From positions 372,001-436,000 of the forward strand of contig JBEUKZ010000009.1 of assembly GCA_048128005.1 (NCBI GenBank): a DNA stretch of 64,000 nt. Direction: 5' to 3'. Source of the stretch: Veleropilina oligotropha. Taxonomy: Eukaryota. Position numbers and translations under genes: made by a program. This document shows positions 1 to 10,807 of the stretch, in pieces. Every line of letters starts with the position of its first letter. Position 1 is the first letter of the stretch. The notes under the pieces were generated by a model. It saw only the letters and a list, made by a program, of their open reading frames with translations. It was not told the origin of the DNA and made no database searches.

Positions 1-201
1 CACGTGTCGCCGAACCACTTACGTTTACACGCCTGGCGGTTATCGAACGATCCCTTGCTAAGAAAGGATTTTCTAAAGCTACAGCCTTACGTATCTATCG
101 ATCGAGAAGGATTTCCACGACAAAAGTCTATGACTACCGATGGGTTAAGTACGTGGATTGGTGTCACAGCAGGCAGGTCAATATACTCCGTCCCCCTGTG
201 A
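1..201 (+). CDS. C-terminus of DIRS pol ORF (RT-RNaseH-methyltransferase-like), overlapping the YR ORF
   Basis: PNHLRLHAWRLS resembles the LxLxAWRLS end of DIRS pol ORFs. An overlap with YR in another frame is typical of DIRS. Confidence 0.6.
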   Translation, partial: HVSPNHLRLHAWRLSNDPLLRKDFLKLQPYVSIDREGFPRQKSMTTDGLSTWIGVTAGRSIYSVPL

Positions 202-1112
202 ACAAGTTTATCGAGTTTTTATCGTCGCTCTTCGACCGCGGTATGTCAGTGTCCGCCGTCAAAGGCTATCGGGCAACGATCGCGACCACGCTAAAGCAGT
301 GTCGTGCCCATGCTGGCCTATCAAGCGACCGAACGATATCAGATTTTATACGATCTTACGAACTCGAGATACCGACCCGAAGAATTAAGCCACCTGCCTG
401 GAATATCGTACTTATTCTTAACGCATTACTCTTACCCCCGTATGAGCCGATGTCCGAGATAACCATGAGGAACTTGACGCACAAAACGGTTTTTCTGATC
501 GCCTTAGCGTCGGGCAGGCGTTGTTCCGAGATCCATGCTTTCTCCTCCGAGCTAAGAGATATACGATTCCAGTCAGACGGGTCGGTGATACTGCGTCCTA
601 TTCTTGGCTTTCTAGCCAAGAACCAACGGCCGAACGAGGACGCACCCGATGTTGTTATTCCCAAGCTAACGCTAGTCGGACGGCACGGTGCAGACCGCCT
701 CAATTGCCCGGTACGGGCGCTTCGCTTCTACCTAGACAGAACCCGTGAAATGCGGACAGGGAAATTACGTTTATTCGTATCGTATTTGCCTACTTACACC
801 CGCGACATTACGAGGACAACTGTTTCGCGGTGGATTTCACAAACTGTGAGAGATGTTTACATCCGTTGTGATGACGACGACCGAACTATTTTATCGGTCC
901 GCGCACATGAAGTCCGGGCAATTGCCGCGTCTGTAGCATTCCGACATAATTTAAATATCAATGCGTTACTCCAGGCTGGATATTGGAAAAACGCTAATGT
1001 GTTTGTCAAACATTATCTGCGGGACTACTCAACAGGGGCTGATGGCCTGAGCAGCTTACAGTGTGTTGCTGCACAAAGGGTTATTGTTAGACCGAGGTCT
1101 TCTAATCAGTAA
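3..1112 (+). CDS. DIRS tyrosine recombinase (phage-integrase family), 5'-partial
   Basis: Frame is open from position 3 (..KGFSKATALRI..YDYRWVKYVDWC). Motifs: FLIALASGRRCSE (catalytic R), LNCPVRAL, AHEVRA (HxxR), AGYW..F.KHYLRD (W and catalytic Y). Confidence 0.92.
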   Translation, partial: RVAEPLTFTRLAVIERSLAKKGFSKATALRIYRSRRISTTKVYDYRWVKYVDWCHSRQVNILRPPVNKFIEFLSSLFDRGMSVSAVKGYRATIATTLKQCRAHAGLSSDRTISDFIRSYELEIPTRRIKPPAWNIVLILNALLLPPYEPMSEITMRNLTHKTVFLIALASGRRCSEIHAFSSELRDIRFQSDGSVILRPILGFLAKNQRPNEDAPDVVIPKLTLVGRHGADRLNCPVRALRFYLDRTREMRTGKLRLFVSYLPTYTRDITRTTVSRWISQTVRDVYIRCDDDDRTILSVRAHEVRAIAASVAFRHNLNINALLQAGYWKNANVFVKHYLRDYSTGADGLSSLQCVAAQRVIVRPRSSNQ

Positions 1113-2280
1113 GTATTGTTCTCTGATTGATCATTTGCATATTTACTGACGCCATTTTATTTTTGTTGGCCAACGGTGCTACGAAAATTAACACCTATGA
1201 GGCAGTTCAATGTCTGTTCATTTCTTAAATCTAATTTAAGATTTTGTACTTTCATGTCAGACCTGAGCAGTTGACAGCCAGATTACATTGAATTTAATAA
1301 AACAACTTTTATAATTTTGCACAAATCTTAAAAAGATTGAGGTTCAATATTATTATGTTCTTTGCTGTAATCGAACATACGATGTTCAATACATTTAAAA
1401 AATGTTGATTCCTTAACATTTATTTTTAAGTAACATGTCAAACATTTTTGCTTCCTTAAAATTTATTTTAAGTAACATGTCGTCCATGTTAGCGTTCGCA
1501 AGTTGGTCATGCGAATTACTTATTAATATCGATTATTTATAATAATCTATTAATTCTTTGCTTTTGATTTAAAGCTTTCACAACCTGTTAGGTTCCGTGT
1601 GCTTACAAATCCGACTGCATCCTCTGGCTACCGGCCTATAGGCCCGGAGTCCCATTTGGCTGCCACTGGTCCATGACACGTAAGACCTACAGGGATTTAT
1701 CCTTCCGGCCGTGCCTGGGGCTGATTGCACTTCCGTTCACCTCGTCCGACTAATACCACGGCGTATTCTCCCGGTAACACTGGTCGAAATTCTCGCTTGG
1801 TAAGAGTAGAATATAATACTCAGTAAAAATTCCACTCTAGGCGGACACAATCGACGCTTCATGCTGATTGAATTGGTGACAAGTAAGTCATTATCTTGTT
1901 TGGGTTTGTTGTAAGGAACGTCTTACCCACCTATCCAAGGTTATTCTGGCAAGAGTAAGGACGTAAGTATGTTTGTAACTATATATGAGGTTTTAATGTA
2001 AACCTAATATTAGTATAAAACATACTTACGTCCTTACCACGATTACCCACCCTGCGTTTCGCATTCCTCCCCTCTACTACGTTCCTTTGTGGTTTTTGAA
2101 CTTTGAATTGATGTCATGTGACTTCTATGGTTCAGAAGTCTCGCGAGACTTGGCGAGGTCTCGCGGGGGAACGTGGGGGAGGAGGAGCAGGGGAGGTAAC
2201 CGTGGTACGTTTATGGCAAGAGTAAGGACGTAAGTATGTTTTATACTAATATTAGGTTTACATTAAAACCTCATATTTTC

Positions 2281-2596
2281 TTTTTCAATTCAACTGTTAA
2301 ACAAGTATATTGATGCACCATATAGTAACATAAATTACAAGCAGACTTAAATTCATACCTTTATGACATAATTCTGAGGATCATGTAACAGGGACAGACA
2401 TTTTGTTTCTGTCCGCATTACATGACATCTAGATTTTATGTATACATTATTTATTTTACATTGACATATTTTCTTTTTCAATTCAACTGTTAACCATAGT
2501 ATAGTGATGCACCATATAGTAACATAAATTACAAGCAGACTTAAATTCATACCTTTATGACAGAAATCTGAGAATCATGTAACAGGGACAGACATT
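2281..2596 (+). repeat. Direct duplication of ~120 bp (2281-2403 and 2474-2596, period ~193 bp)
   Basis: tttttcaattcaactgttaa...gtaacagggacagacatt occurs twice with few mismatches. Confidence 0.8.
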
Positions 2597-5500
2597 ACAC
2601 GACATTGCGATAAAATTATATATCTACCTGACCTCAACTTGCGCAAGTAAATAACTGTTGTAATCGTAAACATTTCAGAAACTAATCTTGTCGCGGAACT
2701 TTCAATATTTGGTCACTATTTCCCATATTAACAAACACGTAACAAAGTACAGAAATGTACTGTCTGTCCAAGATACGTAGAGTGGACCTAGATTTCTGTC
2801 TAATGAACAACATGTGTATCGATTTTATCGGTGTTGTTAACATTACCATATCACCTCATAAATCCAGTGGACCACGGTAGAAATGGACATATTATAATAT
2901 ACCGAATAGACGATATTGTTGGTTATATTCGATATCACGTAACTTAATTTTCAAATCGCAATCACGTAACATATTGGACAGACGTTACTGAATTGCTGCA
3001 GACTGCCTCAGAATTCCCGCGACTGAACCGGAAACTGTGCCAGGCATTGTTTTGAGTGCCGTGCATGCTCTTTACAGCAATGCCGACTACTATTGGCTGT
3101 AATATAATTTTAGAATCCCAAACAAAAAACAGCATGTAACAAAACCAAGCTTGGACAGAAGTTACAGCGTGGAAACATTACATCGAATATCATGATAAGT
3201 ATGAACCGAAACGACATAATTGATAAATAATTGAGTTAAAGGTAGATGTAATTAGTCTGTGAATAATGGTTTTTATAAATCAACTTTCGTTTTCAATGAC
3301 AAATGCAATCATTTTTGTTCAACGAAAAATGGACAGACGTTACGTTAAAATCACACTCGCACAAAAATCTCGATTATCAACTCAAGATTAATAGATATTA
3401 TAACAAAAGTTGGATGTAACAATAAAACATTATTCAGACTTTTAAATATTTATATTGGTTAAAATATTTCACACGAAATTCGTTGTTAGCATGCTCGTGA
3501 ATGTTTGCTAATATCAATGTCCCCAGACAGGCTAGCGAAATGGCACATACTGAGAGGTTAATTTATCATTATCAAGTATCTGGGATATGGATGCTTACAA
3601 AATTGTTTCTTTTATTTGATCGATATAGCCAACAAGTAATGACACTCTAAAAACAAGGAAATTGACATGCAATTTTTTTTAATGTGCACATACATAATAA
3701 TAATGTAAAAGGGTACCTAGAGCAAATTTCAACCCATATCAGAATGGCTACAGATCTATACAGTGTTGTATGGACAATATGTAACAGATTTTGAGCTACA
3801 TGCATATGCACTCTTTCTAATGATAGAGCATGGTAACCTTGATATTAATTTCCTGTGAGCACTACATAAAGTTATGACGTCTCATATCTAAGTACTTGAA
3901 ATATGTCATGTGACACCCGATTTTTAGATTAAAAAATATTTCATTTGGACTTGCATAAATTTACAATGCATTTAATTACAAGTATCATATTACAAGTATC
4001 ATATTAATTACAATACTGTTGACAATTAGGCTGGCGGCATGTTAGAGTAATATTATACCTTAGATAAACATAACCGGGCGACAAGGAAGTCTTTTGATCT
4101 AGTAATTTCTAGTTATCGGTGCTGCCAGTCTTTCGGGAATTCACAGATGTTCGGATTTTTGGATAATTACTATGACACAAAATTTTCTCCTGAGACTTAC
4201 TTTAATAAAAAATATATATTCAAATCCCATGTTAGTTAAATTAATGGAGTTTTAGGTCCGCATCCAGCTCTTTGTCGTTTTAGCAAGCCACATTTTGTAA
4301 CTCGTGTTAATTTATGAACTCGCATTACCCTGATCGCTACCATCGTTGCTACGCAACCCTGCTGACTTCCCTTCATGCAAATGCTTTCAGTTACATTAAT
4401 TTACTTTCATTTGGACAGTAATTATCAGGGAACAACTGGAGTTTTTTTATTACATAGGACATTTTCACTAATCAAATATCATGTTAACTTTGAGGGACTA
4501 CTTCTGGAAATGCCATAATTTTGCAAAAATAGTCCCAAATTACTATGCGATAAGGCCGAATTAAGCATATGCAGGTTTATAAGTGTACGACCAGTTATAG
4601 CTTTTGAGTGTCGTTCATGTCATTTCTAAGTAATTATTATATATATATGCCAATGAAAACGGATTATCCAGTGACGTAACAACAAGACTAATATTTATGT
4701 TATTAAAAATCTACTTTGTAAGCTACTTGACTCATGGTTCATGGGAAACAGATGGGCGGGTGTTGGCAACACTAAATTATTACCCTCACCTCTCTTATGG
4801 AGGCGAGGGTTTTACACTTGGCTCTGTGTGTATGTATGTCCATTCGCATAACTCGAAATATTATTGATCTGATTTATTTGAAATTTTTACACTTGGCCCG
4901 CCCCGAAGATGGACCAAATTATGATCCTGATTCGGATTTTATGACATAATATCCTGTTTATGGATTTTGAGCTTTATGTCATCTTAATAAGCCACATTTT
5001 GTAACTCTTGTTAATTTATGAACTCGCGAGAGAGAGATCCATAAATTGATTTTGCTGTGACACTACAAAAGTAAATCAAGGTGGAATATATACTATAGTA
5101 GCCGAGATATGGACCGGACAAAACTTGCATCCTGGATTTTTGTGTCAAAGGTCGCACGCGGAAAATGATATCGCCAAACTTCTACATGATGGACAGCTAG
5201 CACAGTATTTAACCACTGTTACTGGCAAAGTCAAGATCACAGATTTTATATGGCAATCCGATTGCTATATATAATTATTAATACTGGGGTTCCCGACATC
5301 CTGGCGGCTGTCTATTTTATATGATAGAGGCTGATCAGTCACGCTACACATCCACGAAAACTGAGTTAATACGGGCAATAGTCACTTTAAGCATCATGAT
5401 AAACTTTATATGAATATAAAATGTATCATTGTGGGATGGGATAGATGCTTATATAACGCCTTGTATATTTGCAACCCTCAAGTTCAAAGGAATACCATTT

Positions 5501-5841
5501 TGTCCATATTGTCGCGGGAGGAACGCCAGGTTCAAACGCACTCCTGATAGTCAAGACAGTGATTTCAGAGTCTGCACTCAAGACAACACAACACAGCTAC
5601 CGATGTGGCCGCACAAGTGTAGGAAATAATTGCGCTGTTACCAATTAAATGGTGTATTGCAATTATTGAAAAGGGTTATTGTTTTGTTACCCTTATTTTG
5701 CAAAGAAATATTTCCTTCTAAATGTTTGATATTTAACTCGGAATATGTTGAATATCTAACTGACTAAAATTACTAATGCAATTTATCGTTGCAAGCAGAT
5801 TACGGCTTATTCTTCTTGCTGGTTGCAAATTATTGTCCTTT

Positions 5842-6285
5842 TTGGCCCGCCTTCTAAGGCAGGGCTATAGCCGTGGACCGTCGTCCGTCGCCTGATGCTT
5901 TCTGTCACATAGAAGATGAACCGCTGGACTTACTCCTTTCATATTTGGTATACATCTTATATACCATCAGGCCTAGCCCAAGTTGGGGTCGCTGGGTCAA
6001 AGGTCAAGGTCATTTTCGTGTATTTCCGTTCTGGCACTTCGAAGATTGCTTTTTGTCACATAGAAGATGAACCGCTGGACCTACAGCTTTCATCTTGGGT
6101 ATGCACCTTGTATACCATCAGGCCTTGGTTAAGTTAAAAAATGGAGTCTCTGGGTCAAAGGTCAAGGTCATTTTCGTGTATTTCCGTTCCAGATGGCACT
6201 TTGAAGATATAGAGTTATTGATTATTTTCCTCTCTATGGATTTATATATCCAAAAGGCGGGCCTGTATGAGGATTATACCTCTAG
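5842..6285 (+). mobile_element. Non-autonomous Helentron/HINE-like element (family B)
   Basis: Subterminal IR ggcccgcctt/aaggcgggcc, two internal core repeats, 3' hairpin plus CTAG, sits in a T-run. Near-identical copy at 43197-43630. Confidence 0.7.
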
Positions 6286-7759
6286 TTGTAGACCATGTTT
6301 TAATTTATTCCCTGATTGTAGCTATTTACTAATACTTATGTGTTCATTTAACATTATCCTGTGGCGCCAAGGTTGATGCAAACTTAAAACTAGATAAAAT
6401 AGCATGAAGTCAATTCTGTAACATGGTTACATATGATATGTATCAAACTCCATGTCATTAAGACCAATCAAAGTATTAAACATCATAAAAATCGCTAAAT
6501 GAAAATAATTTATTGTTGACAACGTGTTGGTAATTAGAACCACGAGATATAACCCCTAGCTTGCATCGGTTTGTATCCCTGAAATTTGAATAATTCTATA
6601 ACTATAACGTTTGCGTCTTCGTGAATAGCACGTTTCTGCAAAGATATCGATTGAGGTAATTTATTACCATTAGCATATTGCTTATAAAAGCCAATTGATA
6701 GGGAATGTGTGAATTGATCAATGTTTAAGAATTCCGATGCATTCCTTTCAACAGTAATTGTCTTGTTTCGTGAGAAGCAAATCACTGCATTAATTAGACA
6801 GATGCCAATTACATTTAGCTGAAAACGTGTCATCCTATTATAAAGTAATGTTTCACTCAATGTCGTATACACGCTGCAGTAATGTGTATTCAATCAATCA
6901 TGGTACATGGTGTATCTTCTAGTGTGGTATAGTAAAGCCAGATGCGATATTGATAATTGATAAATTACTTGACTAAACTTTCATCATTAAATTTATGATT
7001 TTACGTTTAAGCATTACTGGCACAGATTTATAAAACCTGATAATTGTCATTTTTATCAGCTGTTAATTTGCATTCTTATCACTTTTACATCTAATCTTTG
7101 GTATTGTCTTAGCCTTAATTCATAAATGCATTAATTGACTTTACAGCGGCACTGACTGTCTCTAATCCTGCTTGTTCCGCAGACATGACAGATTCTCTAA
7201 TTATCACCTGTGGCGTTTTAATTTCAATTTGAGACCAAATTTCAAATAAATAATTGTTGTCGCTGCAGTTATTACTCATCATTACATCATCCTTCTGTCG
7301 ACATTTTCTGTTTTTCGTTCCACCATTTATCATTTATTTCATTTCCTTATAATTATTGTCGTGGCGATAATGATCTTCATGACGCCGCTCGTAGATTCGT
7401 TTTCATTATCACATAATATATCTATAACTTAAGAGCCTTTCATAATTGATTTAGCTAGAATAGGATTCAATAGCCATTTCAAAAGAATACCCAGGCCCGG
7501 TCAGAGTGAATCAATAGTAATTTTAAATATCATATTTTGTTCACAGTCGTTCTGCTACCAAGTGCTGTTACTCATGCCGTGATATGACATTTTATCTTCA
7601 AATTAAGGTTGTAGCGGGTATATATAATCCCAGATCACTGCTCATGATACCGGGTATATATAATCCAAGATCCATGCTCATTGATGGCCATGTTGCTGAG
7701 CTGTTAAAACTGCGGATTAATTTTGTGCTGCTGGCGGCAGCTGCCCGTCTTTGAAATTC

Positions 7760-8040
7760 ATTTCTTTCTTTCCATTAAAGTACAAGTTTCTTTCGAACAA
7801 TTTCGTACTGTGGACGTGCACAGGTCGATCCGGAAAAACGTAGTGTATATACAAAGTTGTGCAGGTTAGAATGTGCTTCAAAACATGTGCAGTTAAAAGC
7901 AGAGCGCCGGTCTACGCGCTCGGAGTCTTCATCAGCCTCGTCCGGAACACATCCAGGGAGGGTGACGTGACAACTTCGGCCAGCAGCACATTCCACAGTC
8001 TCACCGTGGCCGGGAAAAAACTGTACTTGTAGACGTTGAA
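7760..8040 (-). mobile_element. 5'-truncated CR1-group LINE (RT C-terminus and 3'UTR)
   Basis: Minus strand reads YKYSFFPATVRLWNVLLAEVVTSPSLDVFRTRL*, the SFFPxT..WN motif ending CR1/L2-type ORF2, followed by a short UTR and GAAA-repeat tail. Confidence 0.75.
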
Positions 8041-9813
8041 TATAATGTAGTAATACAATTAAGGCTCACCTACAGAAATCGAAGCAGATAAGAACACTGA
8101 TTCGTAACTTGTTGAATGGGTTGGGTTTCCTCCAAAGATACTATGGAATATGCCAATAATACTTAGTGCATGCACAGTGTTAAATGAAGCAATAAGACTT
8201 TATGCAAATTTTAAAGCTGCTCCATGAAAATCAGATTGAAAGTTGATTTCCATCAGTGTTTGGATGATTGATTATGCCGGACTCTGTCCCGGTGCTAGGA
8301 TTATTTATTGATAAATAATTCTCTGATCTGAGTTAGATGTTAAACTAGGTGTCCGATGGCCATGGGACTGACAAATTGTTCCAAGGAAACTTTCATTAGC
8401 ATATTGGCAGCTCCACAGCTGGGAAACAATAATATATGTTATCTGTGTCTGATCAGATAGAAGTCTTAAACTGGACACTGACTACAATGTGATAGATTGT
8501 AAGATGACCTAAGCTATGCAGATTCATTGTTTGTAGGCAGGATCATGAATGAACTGTGTTTCAACTCAGCCGAGTCCAGATATATCACTTGTATTTTTGT
8601 TTATCAGGTGGAAATCCGATACTGGCCTGTTGAAAAGCCATTATAGTATTGTTAGGTTTAATTTGGTAATCAATACCTAGATCAGTGTCTCAGGTTTGTA
8701 ATGTTCTCCAGTGTTCTGCTTCATTGAAACCATACCCAATATTGGGTTTCATCTCATGTGGCAATGCCAATAAACAAGTAATTACATTGACAAGTAATTA
8801 AAGCAGTGAATATTTAATGATTTTACCTAATTTTACATATCAAGTCGCTAATAGCTTCCTATGATGTGATTAATTTCCGTTCAGGGTTGGGGAGTAACAG
8901 TAAGAAAGGCAATAATAGATACACATATAGGAAATGGATTAAGGATATAAGAAAAAATTATTGTCCCCCGCCGCCTATCGGGCGGCCCGGGGACATAGTA
9001 TCTGCGTTCGTCCGTCCGTCCCGGATTTTCTCACATTTTTTGGCCATTTAGAGAATTGCGAGCTTTTCGAAACTTTACAGATGAACTAACCACATCATTG
9101 GGTATATCAAGTTCGAATATTGTGAAATTATTTTTAAAACGTGGGTTTTTTGGTGACTTTTCAGGACGTTTGAACATAGTCTCTGGAAGGATGGATATGA
9201 TTTTCAATTATTGTCTCGCCCATAGGGAACGTGACATAGGTATTGCTTTTCTCCCTCATCCCCCCCCCCCCCCCCCTCCTGCTCACCACCCCCCACCCAA
9301 AGTTTAATTATTGTGTGAAGGTTTTGCGTATTGTTTCCAGATGATATATTGATATCTCTCCACTACAACGTACATCCGTTCAATATTAAACTTCACATGT
9401 AAAAACCTGTTAAACATGTTAATCCTTCAGATTTGCTCACCCTCACCCCCCCCCCCCCCAAAAAAAAAAAACAACAACATTTTTTTAATGAAAATGTTGC
9501 ATGATTTATTATGCCCCCGGCTCGACTTTAGTCGGCCAGGGGGCATTATGCTTTTGGTGCGTCCGTCCATAACAGATTGAACTCGCCTATCTTTTCGATG
9601 TTAATCATGATGAGCGACCATCTTCAAACTTAATTTGCTACTAGATATAAGTATGAAATATCATGAGTTCGAATATTGAATGAAAATATTTTTTACATTT
9701 TTGAACATAGTCTCTGAGCTTCAATTCTGATCTCATGTTATAAGAAACTCACCTAACTTTTTCGATATTAATCAATAGCCATCTTCTTCAACTTCATTAG
9801 CTATTATATATAA

Positions 9814-10333
9814 TTATCACATGACAAACCTGTTATGGAACTGTAGAGGCCGTTCCATAAATCTATATACGAAAAGACACGTGCCATAAGTATGCAAATG
9901 AGGGCGAGCATGACGGCCGATTATCGCATCTGGCGCCAAGTTGATTAGGCGGCGAATCACCCTCATTAACATAATGAATAATTCATACACGTTCACTCGT
10001 CGATTACTGAAGCTGAACTATTTTTTATTGGCATACTGGCGTGGCGCGTGCTGTCGAGGCGTGAAGCATCTGGGTCAGGCCGTTTAATGACTGAAATTAA
10101 TGACAGAAATTAGTTTTAAAACGTAAAGAAATGTGTTTAAAAACGCAATAAAATAAATTTAAAGGTAAATAAAGTCATGTGATAAAGAAGATATGAAACT
10201 TGTGTCCATTTCATATGAGAATTATGAACCTCGTCAGCAAATTTATGTACCTCGCCAAGGCTCGGTACATAAATTGTGCCTGACTCGTTTCATAATTCAC
10301 GTATGGAATGGACACTCGTTCGATATCCTCTAT
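9814..10333 (-). mobile_element. Non-autonomous long-hairpin element
   Basis: Interrupts a host core repeat. IR ttatcacatgac (9814) / gtcatgtgataa (10174-10185), then an imperfect ~140-nt palindrome (~10190-10327). Confidence 0.65.
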
Positions 10334-10515
10334 GTATGAACTATCATGAGTTCGAATGTTGAATGAAAATATTTATTTTTTACTACATTTTTTACGTTTC
10401 TGAACATAGTCTCTGGAGCGTAATTTCTGATCTCGTGCTATAAGAAACTCACCTAACTTTTTCAATGTTAATCAATAGCCACCGTCTTCAAACTTCATAT
10501 GCTATTATATATAAG

Positions 10516-10807
10516 CAGGGTTCTGCCCATGGTGGATGCATGTACCCAGCACTCATGACTCGCCGCTCGAGACCTGCCGCCCACCAATTTTTATTTTTAT
10601 TTTATTTTGCTTTTACATTGAATTTGGACATTTTAATATAACAAATGTAACAAAAGATACCGAACGTATTGTTATCGATTTAAATATTCCAAGCATATTT
10701 CCTACTTAGGTGTACATTTTACTCTTTTTCATTTACCACCCGGCACTACTATTTTACCACCCGGCACTCAAGATTTTCCCACTCATGATTTTCTGGGCAG
10801 AAACCTT
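10516..10807. mobile_element. MITE with CAGGG termini (hAT-like, uncertain)
   Basis: cagggttctgccca / tgggcagaaacctt imperfect TIR, flanked by a duplicated ataag of the host repeat. Confidence 0.55.

Larger units (their letters stand above)
1..2279 (+). mobile_element. DIRS-type tyrosine-recombinase retrotransposon, 3' part (5' end outside window)
   Basis: YR ORF overlaps the end of a pol-type ORF. Segment 1983-2037 is the exact 55-bp reverse complement of 2222-2276, and 1947-1974 is a direct repeat of 2214-2241 (ICR / right terminal repeat layout). The element ends in TTT. Confidence 0.9.

Noticed and set aside
153..1112. Phage integrase / prophage or bacterial contamination
   Set aside because: DIRS-type ICR and termini, the overlapping pol end, and contiguity with spliced-gene DNA indicate a eukaryotic retrotransposon.
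3540..3561. actgagagg|TTAA as a piggyBac-like right end
   Set aside because: No matching left end in the window, so it cannot be supported.
7800..8040. CpG-rich patch as possible MGAT4 promoter or first exon
   Set aside because: Better explained as a minus-strand LINE 3' end.
8608..8655. Candidate upstream MGAT4 exon after ttatcag
   Set aside because: No MGAT4 similarity and only a weak donor.
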